This document shows positions 1 to 8,315 of a stretch of DNA of 34,373 bases, one piece after another. Both the position numbers and the translations under genes were made by a program. The notes beneath the pieces were generated by a model. It was not told where the DNA came from, made no database searches, and saw nothing but the letters and a program-made list of their open reading frames with translations. The stretch's first letter is position 1, and each line of letters starts with the position of its first letter. The stretch is from Polyangia bacterium (lineage in GTDB: Bacteria; Myxococcota_A; Polyangia; Fen-1088): contig DATKEU010000566.1 of the NCBI GenBank assembly GCA_035544495.1, forward strand, positions 1 through 34,373, in the 5' to 3' direction.

Positions 1-1
1 C

Positions 2-568
2 AGCAACGGCGTCAAGGCGAAGCCGATCGGCCTTCAGCCGCGCCCGGTGCCCGCGCCGCCGCCGCCCGCGGCGCCCACCATCCGGACGATGGAGGCGAAG
101 CCGACGGCGGCGACAGCCAAGCCGACGGCGGTGACAGCGAAACCGACCGCTGTGTCAGCCAAGCCGACGGACGTTCCAGCGAAACCGGCGATGGCGCCGC
201 CGTCGGGTCTGCCCAAACCGATCGCCGCCGTGAAACCGCCGCCGCCCGCGCCGGTCAAGGCGATCGCCAGCGGTCCGGTCGTGATCAAGACTCAGGGGCC
301 GGCCAAGGCGCCGGCAGGGAGCGATCCGGCGCAGGCCAAGGGGAAGTTCACCTTGCAGCTGAGCTCGTTCCCCGATCGCCTGGAGGCGGATCTGTTCGCC
401 AAGAAGTACGCCGCCCAGGGCGCCTTCGTCGTCACCTCGGAGATTCCAGGCAAGGGCACCTGGTACCGCGTGCGGGTGGGCAACTTCGCCTCCGCCGCCG
501 AGGCGACCGCCGCCAAGACGACCTTCGAGAGGCAACACAACGTCATCGCCTACGTCGCGGCCCGATAG
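2..568 (+). CDS. SPOR-domain (peptidoglycan-binding) protein, 5'-truncated by the window edge
   Basis: The frame is open from base 2, so the listed start at 47 is only an internal GTG. The C-terminal ~75 aa (FTLQLSSFPDRLEADLFAKKYAAQGAFVVTSEIPGKGTWYRVRVGNFASAAEATAAKTTFERQ) has the typical SPOR pattern. It follows a Pro/Ala/Lys-rich linker. Confidence 0.75.
   Translation, partial: SNGVKAKPIGLQPRPVPAPPPPAAPTIRTMEAKPTAATAKPTAVTAKPTAVSAKPTDVPAKPAMAPPSGLPKPIAAVKPPPPAPVKAIASGPVVIKTQGPAKAPAGSDPAQAKGKFTLQLSSFPDRLEADLFAKKYAAQGAFVVTSEIPGKGTWYRVRVGNFASAAEATAAKTTFERQHNVIAYVAAR
98..202 (+). repeat. In-frame 21-bp tandem repeat (about 5 copies) encoding KPTAxxA heptads in the SPOR protein linker
   Basis: Direct reading gives aagccgacggcggcgacagcc / aagccgacggcggtgacagcg / aaaccgaccgctgtgtcagcc / aagccgacggacgttccagcg / aaaccggcgatggcgccgccg. 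These translate to KPTAATA KPTAVTA KPTAVSA KPTDVPA KPAMAPP. Confidence 0.85.
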
Positions 569-594
569 CGCCTCCCACCCGCCGGCGCACAACC

Positions 595-3500
595 CTAAAA
601 CAACAGGCCGATGTTCACGTGAAAGACGCCGATTTTCGTGTCGCCGGGGCCGGGGTCGAGGGGCCAGGCCCAGGCGAAGGCGAGATCGCCGATGGGCAAC
701 TTCAGGAGCAAGGGCGCGATCCCGGCGCCGTGCCGGAACTGGCGCGCGGACAGGCCGTCCAGTGAGTCCGCGACGACGCCGTTGTCCATGAACACCGCCC
801 CGTACCAGGGGGGGCTGATGGGAAACTGCAGGTCGATGTTCTGGATGATCCGCACGCTGCCGCCGATGGGACGGTACTCGACGCCGTAGAGTCCGCTCGT
901 GGTCGGAGCGCCGGCGTCGACGGGGAAGATTGGAAACCGCACCACCTCGACGCGCGCCCGGTCGAGGTGGAATCCGCGAATGGTGGTGTCACCGCCGGCG
1001 AAGAACCGTTCGACCTTCGGCAGCACCTGGGCTCCGCCGAAGGGGAAGCCTTGCTCGTACCGCAAGCCGTGGCGCAGCGACAGCCAGGGCGCCAGCGGCA
1101 CCACCGACGTCGACCGCACCGCCACCTTCAGGAACGTGTCCTCGCCGATGTCGAACGGCAGCGGGCGCAGCGGGATCGACAGCACCGGCAGCGCGATCTC
1201 CGCCGTCGCTTCCAGCTTGAATCCGCGCGTGGGCAAGAGGCGGTTGTCCAGGCGCTGCCACTCGATGTTGGTCGACAGGCTGCCCACGGTGGTCCCCAGT
1301 TGCACGGTGCGCTGGGCTTCGTCGGGCCCGGCCGGCCGCAGCAGTGATTCGGTGTGCGTGGTGTTGCGCAGGTTGTAGTGGATGCCGGCGTCGACCCCGG
1401 GGTAAAGCTCGCGCGAAAATCCGATCGATCCGCCGCCCGAGCGGATGTCGCCGAGGCGCGCCGTCGCCTGCCGGTTGTAAGAAAACGAGGCGTCGAACCG
1501 GAACAGCGTCCCCAGGAACCGCCGGTCGAGAAAGTTGGCGTTTCCGCGCAGCAACGACTGGCCGTACTGGACCTGGCTGAGAAAGTTCCAGCCATTCCCG
1601 AACAGGTTGCGGTTCTCGTAGCCAACCCGCCCGTAGAAACCGATCCCTAGCACCGAATCGGGCGGCGCCTGCTCGGTCGAGGCGCCCGCGCCGACGTGGA
1701 CGACGCTGTACTGCTCATAGCGCTCCTCGACCTCCACCACCATCGGCACGGTGGGGCGCTTCTCGTCCTTGCCGGGGAACGACAGCGGATCGGCGTTGTT
1801 GTAAAGCTGCAGGAAGCCCAGGTTGCGCTGGCCGCGCTCGACGGCGGTGGTGGTCAGCAGATCGCCCGTGCGCAGGGGGATCTGCTCCAGGATGGTCTTC
1901 TGCTTGGTGGCGAAGTTGCCGCGCACGAAGATCGGCCCCACGGTGGTGCGCGTCCCGGCCTTCACCACCCAGGTCAGCGTCACCTTGTCGCCGGTGCGCT
2001 CGACGTCCGGATCAACCGAGGCCGACGGATAGCCGGCGTCGCCCATCAGACGCTCGAGGCGGCGGCTGTCCTCGCGCAGCAGGCCGACCCGGTACGGCTC
2101 GCCCGGACGCAAGGTCAGCGAGCCGCGCAGGAAGGCCTTGTCGTACGGCAGCGGCGCGCCGCTGTCGCTGCGGAAGTCCTCGCTGGCCAGGATCACGCGC
2201 GCCCCCTCCTCGATGGTGAAGCGGACGTAGATGGCCGAGGCCTGGCGCGAAACGGTCTCGGCGGCGGCGGCGATGGCGCCCACCAGGCCCAGGGCCTCCT
2301 GGCTGGTCGCCGCTTCGCCGCGCGCCTTGACGTCGGGGAAGCCGAGGCCCCGGTAGTGCTCGACGATGCGCTCGGCGTCCTGCTCGAGCTGGCGGCCGGT
2401 CACGTAGCCGCCTTCGCCGAGGCCGACATGCCCGAGCAGCGGGAAGGTTCGCACCGTCACCACGTCGCGCAGCTCGTCGCTGCCGAGCGCCTTGTTGCCG
2501 GTGAAGGAGACGCCGCGCACCTTCAGCTCGGGACCCTCGTCGATCTCGAAGAAGATGCGATCCTCGCCGGGCGAGACGTGCTCGCGGCGCCAGTCGACGC
2601 GGGCGAAGAAGTGCCCGTGCTGCTCGTAATAGCGCTCGAGGGCATCGGCGCTGACCGACACCTCGTGGTCGTCGTACGACCCGCGGTCGAGCAGCGTCAG
2701 CTCGTCCTTCAGCGTGCCGGATGAGACGTGGCGGTTCCCTTCGAAGACGACGCTGACGTGCTTGCGCTCGTTGACGGTGATGCCCAGGCGCACCGTCTTG
2801 GCCGCGTGATCGACGCTGGTGGCGACGTTGAAGTCGCTGGTGACACGCGCGCCGAAGTACCCCCGGTCGCGGTACTTCTTGGCCAGCGCGTCCAGGTCGC
2901 CGCGCAGCTGCTTGGCGGTGAAGGGGGCGGGGCGCACCCAGGCTGTCTGCCAGTCGCGGTGGCGGAACATCTTGTCGATCTCGTCGCCAGCAATGACTGT
3001 GTTGCCGCTGACCGCCAGCGCGCCCAGCGGATAGGGCGAGCCGCGCGTGACGTTGATGGTGACGTCGGTGGCGCCGCCCGCGACGTCATCGACGGCCGCA
3101 AGGTCGATGTGAGCGTCGGCGTCGAAGTAGCCCTCGCCGCGCAGGTACTCGATCACGCGGCCGCGCTCGCGCTCCAGGGCGGCGTCGCGCTCGCGGCCGG
3201 GCAGGGGCAGCGGGCGCCCGGGACGGAAGGTGATGCGGCGCTGGATCTCGTCCTGGCGCAAGGTCCCGTTGCCGCGCACGAAGAGGTAACGGACGCGCTG
3301 GAACGCCCGCAGCGTGATCTGCAAGCGCAGGCGCCCACCGCCGTCGGCGCGCGCCTCGACGGTCGCGTCGTAGCCGACAGCGTCCAGCTCTTGCCGCAAG
3401 CGCGGGATGGTGCCGATCGGCTGGCCCACCTGATCGGCGGGGCCGGCCGCGACGAACGGCGTGCCGGCGGGGAACAGGGTCGCCAGCAGGGCCTGCACTT

Positions 3501-3723
3501 TCGGCTCCTCACCGGGGCTGGCGCCGGCGATGTCGAAGCCGGCGATCGGCCGCCCGGTCCAGTCGGGCGGGGGTGGCGGGGTCGGGTTCTCGGGCGCGAC
3601 CGCGGTGACGTCCGCCTCCTGCGCCCGCGCGCGCCCGCCCGCTGCCGCCGCGGCGATCACGGCGGCGGCGACGGCGGCGATTGCCAGACGGGACGGACGG
3701 TGGTGGGCGGGTCCGGGCGGCAA
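595..3723 (-). CDS. Omp85/BamA-family outer-membrane protein assembly factor (multi-POTRA, 1042 aa)
   Basis: N-terminal signal peptide (RLAIAAVAAAVIAAAAAGGRARAQE). Repeated POTRA-like starts are visible (VRYLFVRGNGTLRQDEI, VSVVFEGNRHVSSGTLKDEL, VRGVSFTGNKALGSDELRDV, IFVRGNFATKQKTILEQI). The barrel shows the motif RFFAGGDTTIRGF, and the protein ends in the beta-signal ...FHVNIGLLF. The start codon is TTG. Confidence 0.9.
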   Translation of the reverse strand: MPPGPAHHRPSRLAIAAVAAAVIAAAAAGGRARAQEADVTAVAPENPTPPPPPDWTGRPIAGFDIAGASPGEEPKVQALLATLFPAGTPFVAAGPADQVGQPIGTIPRLRQELDAVGYDATVEARADGGGRLRLQITLRAFQRVRYLFVRGNGTLRQDEIQRRITFRPGRPLPLPGRERDAALERERGRVIEYLRGEGYFDADAHIDLAAVDDVAGGATDVTINVTRGSPYPLGALAVSGNTVIAGDEIDKMFRHRDWQTAWVRPAPFTAKQLRGDLDALAKKYRDRGYFGARVTSDFNVATSVDHAAKTVRLGITVNERKHVSVVFEGNRHVSSGTLKDELTLLDRGSYDDHEVSVSADALERYYEQHGHFFARVDWRREHVSPGEDRIFFEIDEGPELKVRGVSFTGNKALGSDELRDVVTVRTFPLLGHVGLGEGGYVTGRQLEQDAERIVEHYRGLGFPDVKARGEAATSQEALGLVGAIAAAAETVSRQASAIYVRFTIEEGARVILASEDFRSDSGAPLPYDKAFLRGSLTLRPGEPYRVGLLREDSRRLERLMGDAGYPSASVDPDVERTGDKVTLTWVVKAGTRTTVGPIFVRGNFATKQKTILEQIPLRTGDLLTTTAVERGQRNLGFLQLYNNADPLSFPGKDEKRPTVPMVVEVEERYEQYSVVHVGAGASTEQAPPDSVLGIGFYGRVGYENRNLFGNGWNFLSQVQYGQSLLRGNANFLDRRFLGTLFRFDASFSYNRQATARLGDIRSGGGSIGFSRELYPGVDAGIHYNLRNTTHTESLLRPAGPDEAQRTVQLGTTVGSLSTNIEWQRLDNRLLPTRGFKLEATAEIALPVLSIPLRPLPFDIGEDTFLKVAVRSTSVVPLAPWLSLRHGLRYEQGFPFGGAQVLPKVERFFAGGDTTIRGFHLDRARVEVVRFPIFPVDAGAPTTSGLYGVEYRPIGGSVRIIQNIDLQFPISPPWYGAVFMDNGVVADSLDGLSARQFRHGAGIAPLLLKLPIGDLAFAWAWPLDPGPGDTKIGVFHVNIGLLF

Positions 3724-3739
3724 GGGTGGCGCGATATCA

Positions 3740-6700
3740 TCACCGTCTTATCGGGAAATCCCAGCGCAATTCGAAGCTGCCGTTCGGGGGCAGCGTCTCG
3801 GAGACGCCCTGCTGCGATGACAGCGTGATCCACTCCAGCGTGCCGGCCAAGCTGAGGTAATCGATGATCCAGAGATTGAGCTGCGCGCTCTTGCGGCTTT
3901 GTCCTTGAAAACCGAAGAGGGTGTCGGCCTGGAAGTTGATCTTGCGGCTGATGCGCTTGCGGACGCGCCCTTCGAAGCCGTCGGACCCGACGGTCAACCG
4001 CAGGTCCAGGCCGGTCAGGCGCTGGAAGGTGCTGTCGATGTACGGCTCCATCAGGTTGGCGATGGTGTCGCGGGTCAGCTGGCCGGCGACGTCGGCGCCG
4101 GTCGAGATGTTGGCGCCCACGGTCGGGTTCTGGGTGCTGAATCGCTGCGAGTCCGTCGACGTTCGCCCGGTCAGCAGCAGGAGCGCGGTCTGGTTGCGGT
4201 CCAGGCCGTCGTCGGTGGTGAGATCGATCTGCGCCTCGCGCAGCGGGCCGTGGATGAGCATGCGCACGTTGTGCTCGTTGCCGGCGGCGTCGGTGACCGG
4301 GTTCTGCGCCTCGATGTTGATGTCGGGCGTGTCGCCGTACGCGATCGACTTGGTCGCCACGAAGGTGACGAAGCTGGCGTTCGGGGTCAGCTCGAACTCG
4401 CCGCGAAACCCGGGGAACGAGAACCGCCCGTCGGTGGGGCGCACGGTCCCAGCCAGGGCCGGCTCGGCCAGCGTGCCGCCGATGTGCAGCGCCACGTCGA
4501 TGTGGATCTCGGGCGCGATGTTGTTCTGAACGACGAAGCCCTCGCCGATGGTGCGCACGCCGAGATCCAGCGCCAGGCCGGAGAGGAGCGGCTTGCCCTC
4601 GTAGAACGGGCGCACCGCCGTTTCGTCGACGCGCGGGCTGATGACCAGGCTCTGCACCTTGAAGTCCTGCAGGTAGCGCCCGGAGACCAGGCGTACCTCG
4701 CCGCCCAGCGTGAAGCCGTCGGTGACGTTGCCGCGCAGATCGAGATCGAAGGCCAGGTCGTCGATCTCGGCGGTGCCAGGGATGCGATAGGTCAGCTGCT
4801 CGCCGTGTAGCGGCAGATCGACGTCGCCGGGCGAAAACGGGATCAGGCGGGTGAAGTTCACGCGCCCGGCGCGCACGCCCCGGGCGCCGATCACCAGCAG
4901 CCCCTGGTCGTCCACGCGCACGCGCACGTCGTGCAGGACGGCGCCCGCGTTGTTCAGCTCGACGGCGCCGCTCTGGATGCCCACTTCGGTTCCGGTGTCG
5001 CGCAGGCGAAACGTGATCTCGCCGAGCTCGAGGCTGCCCAGTATCTGGGGCTTTTTCAGCGTGCCGCGCAGCTGGCCCTTGATGTGGGCGCGGCCGTGGG
5101 CGTCGGTCACCACGTCGGCGGCGGCGAAGTTCAGGAGGCGCGCGTTGATGTCGCCCTCCAGGTCGGCGGCGATGTCCATCGGTTGAAAAGACGAACCCAG
5201 CGCCGCGCGCCCCGACACCTGCAGCGTCGAGCCCTCGACGGTGACGCGCACGTCCTGCACGCGCACGTCGTTGCCGACCAGCTGGAAGGAGCCAGAGGCG
5301 AGGGTGATCTCGGTGTCGACGTTGGCAGGGCGCACCCTGACCGGCGAGACCACAGCGATCTGCCCGCGCAGCGTCGGCGCCGACAGCGTGCCGCGGGCGC
5401 TGAGCGCCACCTCGAGATCGCCGCTGATCTTGTCGACGCGGCCGCGCAGGAACGGCTGCAAGAGCTCGAGGTCCAGATGCCCGGACATGTCGCCCTCGAT
5501 GCGCTGGTGCTCGATGCGGCCGGCGGCCCGGAACTCGCCGCCGTCGGTCTGAAAGCGCGCCTCGTCCAGGACCACGCGATCGCTGCTCAGCGCGACGTGC
5601 AGCGGCCGCGTGGTCTGCACGCGGACGCGCTGCCAGGACGTCTCGCCCTCCGTGCCCTCGACGGCGCGGGCGATCGACAGCCACAGCTCGGGCAGAAGGA
5701 TGTCCAGGGCCAGCGGGTGCCCGGGCTCGCTGTCGACGGCGACGCGGCCGGTGACCACGCCGCGCGCGTCGCCGAAGCCGGCCAGCTCCGGCACCAGCGC
5801 CTCGATGGCCAGGCGCTGAAAATCGAGAACGCCGTGCAGCGCGAGACCGCCCGCGCCCAGGGCCACGCGGCCGTGCACGCCGAAGCGATCGAACAGCGTG
5901 CCGTCGATGCGCACGGCCGGCCCGCCGCCCCCGTCGTCGGCCGAGGCGATCGCCAGGTGGCCCGCGCCCAGCGCCACGCCGCGCGCGACGACGTCGCCGA
6001 GGTCGATCGCGCCGGAGAGGGCAGGGCGCGCCATCGTGCCGCCGACGTGCAGGCGCGCGCTGACGGTCCCATCCAGCGCCACGCCCGCGCCGGCCACACC
6101 TGGCAGCGCCGCCAGCGGCACGCGCGCCAGCGTGACGTTCAGGTTCAGCTCGCGCGACCGGCGGGCCACGGCGGCCGTGCCCACGACATCCAGGCTCCCG
6201 CCCGCTTTCATGCTGGCGTGCAGGGCCCGCACGGTGGCCACGCCGTTCGCGAAGGTCGCCTCGATGGGACCGACCTCGTAGCGCCCGCCCTGAAACTCGA
6301 CGGCCGTGTGGGCCGGCACGTGGATCTCGGCGGCGAGGGCGTCGGGTGGTCCGTGCGCCCGGGCGTCGAACGAGATCCGCCCGCCCACGTCGGTTCGGCC
6401 GGCGATCTGGCCGAGGTCCAGGTTGCGCGCCGCCAGCGTGGCCGTCACCGCAGGCGCGCGCAGCATCTGGCGCGTGGTCTTGTTGTACAAGACAATCTCG
6501 CCGCTGGCCGCCAGCGTGCCGCCGAACAGCGCACCCGACAGCGAATCCAGCCGGACGCGGCCGTCACGCAGGCCGAATCGCGCCTTCAGCTCGGGCGCGG
6601 TGCGCTTGCCCAGGCCCGCGCCGTGCACCACGGCGTCACCGTCGACCACCGGGCGATCCAGCGTCCCCGAGGCCGTCGCCGACAGGCGCGCGTCCTTGGC

Positions 6701-8242
6701 CCAGCGGGGCAGACCCAGGCTCTCCAGCACGCGCCCGAGATCGAACGCCAGCACGTCGACGCCCAGCTGGATCAGCTTGCGCTGCATCTGCAGCGAACCC
6801 TTGGCGGTCGCCCGAGCGCCCGGGATCTCGACCGACAGGCCGCTGGTGCGCGCCTCGTCGGGCGACACGCGCGCGCTGCCGCGCAGGCGCACCGTGCGCG
6901 GCAGGTTGGCGCCGCGCGCCCGCACCAGCGTCAGATCCAGGTCGTCGACGGCGGCCGACTTGCGCGCGAGATCCGCGCGCGCGCGCAGTCCCCCCGTGAC
7001 GCCGCCGCCCGCCAGCACGCGCAGCGACGCCGGCAGGTACGAAGCCGTGCGAAAGTCGCGCAGCTTGACCTCCGCGTCCAGCGTCAGCGTCTCCGTCGAC
7101 AGCCGCGCGCCCAGCTGCAGGCGCCCGCCCTCCGGGTCACGCAGGCCCAGGTTCTCGACGGCGACGCGGCCGGCGCCGGCGTCGAATTCCAGGTCGAAGC
7201 CGACCGCGCGCGCCTGGTAGGCGCCGTACGCGACGTCGAGGCCGGTGAACGCGCCCTTGACCTTCAAGGCCGCGAACGTGTCGGCGAGATCCAGGGCGAT
7301 GTGGCTCTCCCGATCGTCCGCAGGCCCGCCTATGCGAAGGCCGGCGATGCCCTTGCCAGCCACCGTTGCGGTCAGGGCGTCGCCCGGCTGCGCATAATCG
7401 GCGTGCAGGGCGATGCCGGGGATCGACGTCTCGCCATAGATGCCGGTGAAATAGCCCTTGCCCGACAGGGTCGACCGCCCGGTGGCGGCCGCCGTCAGAT
7501 CGAGAAAGATGTCGTCGGGCCGATCCTGCGTCGTCGCCACGCGCCGGACCGTGACCTTGTCGAACGGGATCCGGTTGTCGTCCAGGATGCGCAGCCAGCC
7601 ACCGCCCTCGGCGACCACGGGCGCGGCGTCGAAGCCGAAGATCGGCCGGCGCGGATCCACCGACGACTGGATCAGCGAAGCCGTCGTGCGCGCGTGGCGT
7701 AGCTCCAGGCCCCAGGAGCCGGGAAAATCGAACAGAACGTTGAGATCGTCCAGCCGGGCGCTGGCGATCTCGAAGAAGCTGCCGGGCCCCGGCTGCTGCC
7801 CGGCCGGCGGCGGCGTCTTCGGCGCCAGCGCGGCCAGAAAGCCGATCTCCGGCAGGCCCTTCATCTGCCCGAAGCGCCAGGTCGCCTTGGGCACGCGCAG
7901 GTCGTGGATCGAGAAGCTCCCCCTCACCAGCGTGCGCAGCTTCACGCGGGCGTCGAGGTGCGGGACGTCCAGGACCACGGTCCCTTCCGGGTCGACGATG
8001 CGCAGCCCGTCGATGGCGATGGGGCTGGGCGTGTCGGTCAGGATGTCGACCAGCGCGCGCAGGCTCCAGTTGATGCCGTGAAGCTCGATCCGGCCGCGGT
8101 TCGCGGGCAGCGCGCCCTGCACGATCCGGCCGAGCCGCGCGCCCTGCAAAAACACCGACGCGCCCAGCACGGCGATCGCCACCAGGCCGGCGAGGCCGCC
8201 GGCCGTGTAGCGGATCACCCTGGCGGCGCGCGCTCGTTTCAC
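3740..8242 (-). CDS. tamB: TamB/AsmA-like translocation-and-assembly-module protein (1500 aa, N-terminal membrane anchor, DUF490-type C-terminus)
   Basis: N-terminal anchor (GGLAGLVAIAVLGASVFL) followed by a very long Gly/Val/Leu/Asp-rich beta-type repetitive body. The C-terminal segment (LLLTGRTSTDS...LDLRLTVGSDGFEGRVRKRISRKINFQADTLFG...LNLWIIDYLSLAGTLE) looks like the TamB C-terminal domain. It lies 16 nt upstream of an Omp85 gene and ends in tandem TGA TGA stops. Confidence 0.85.
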   Translation of the reverse strand: MKRARAARVIRYTAGGLAGLVAIAVLGASVFLQGARLGRIVQGALPANRGRIELHGINWSLRALVDILTDTPSPIAIDGLRIVDPEGTVVLDVPHLDARVKLRTLVRGSFSIHDLRVPKATWRFGQMKGLPEIGFLAALAPKTPPPAGQQPGPGSFFEIASARLDDLNVLFDFPGSWGLELRHARTTASLIQSSVDPRRPIFGFDAAPVVAEGGGWLRILDDNRIPFDKVTVRRVATTQDRPDDIFLDLTAAATGRSTLSGKGYFTGIYGETSIPGIALHADYAQPGDALTATVAGKGIAGLRIGGPADDRESHIALDLADTFAALKVKGAFTGLDVAYGAYQARAVGFDLEFDAGAGRVAVENLGLRDPEGGRLQLGARLSTETLTLDAEVKLRDFRTASYLPASLRVLAGGGVTGGLRARADLARKSAAVDDLDLTLVRARGANLPRTVRLRGSARVSPDEARTSGLSVEIPGARATAKGSLQMQRKLIQLGVDVLAFDLGRVLESLGLPRWAKDARLSATASGTLDRPVVDGDAVVHGAGLGKRTAPELKARFGLRDGRVRLDSLSGALFGGTLAASGEIVLYNKTTRQMLRAPAVTATLAARNLDLGQIAGRTDVGGRISFDARAHGPPDALAAEIHVPAHTAVEFQGGRYEVGPIEATFANGVATVRALHASMKAGGSLDVVGTAAVARRSRELNLNVTLARVPLAALPGVAGAGVALDGTVSARLHVGGTMARPALSGAIDLGDVVARGVALGAGHLAIASADDGGGGPAVRIDGTLFDRFGVHGRVALGAGGLALHGVLDFQRLAIEALVPELAGFGDARGVVTGRVAVDSEPGHPLALDILLPELWLSIARAVEGTEGETSWQRVRVQTTRPLHVALSSDRVVLDEARFQTDGGEFRAAGRIEHQRIEGDMSGHLDLELLQPFLRGRVDKISGDLEVALSARGTLSAPTLRGQIAVVSPVRVRPANVDTEITLASGSFQLVGNDVRVQDVRVTVEGSTLQVSGRAALGSSFQPMDIAADLEGDINARLLNFAAADVVTDAHGRAHIKGQLRGTLKKPQILGSLELGEITFRLRDTGTEVGIQSGAVELNNAGAVLHDVRVRVDDQGLLVIGARGVRAGRVNFTRLIPFSPGDVDLPLHGEQLTYRIPGTAEIDDLAFDLDLRGNVTDGFTLGGEVRLVSGRYLQDFKVQSLVISPRVDETAVRPFYEGKPLLSGLALDLGVRTIGEGFVVQNNIAPEIHIDVALHIGGTLAEPALAGTVRPTDGRFSFPGFRGEFELTPNASFVTFVATKSIAYGDTPDINIEAQNPVTDAAGNEHNVRMLIHGPLREAQIDLTTDDGLDRNQTALLLLTGRTSTDSQRFSTQNPTVGANISTGADVAGQLTRDTIANLMEPYIDSTFQRLTGLDLRLTVGSDGFEGRVRKRISRKINFQADTLFGFQGQSRKSAQLNLWIIDYLSLAGTLEWITLSSQQGVSETLPPNGSFELRWDFPIRR

Positions 8243-8315
8243 GGGACTATCACTTTGCCACAGCGGCGCCGCCCCGGCCTCGAACCGCGCGCGGAGGTGC
8301 TAGGTTACGCGTTTC

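Noticed and set aside
3657..7702. Long alternate-frame and antisense ORFs inside the TamB-like gene (for example 3657..5684 minus, 675 aa, and 4931..7702 plus, 923 aa)
   Set aside because: Their translations are Arg/Ala/Gly/Pro/His-rich low-complexity strings with no recognisable motifs. They overlap a frame with clear TamB-like features. Stop-poor frames of this kind are typical of very GC-rich DNA.
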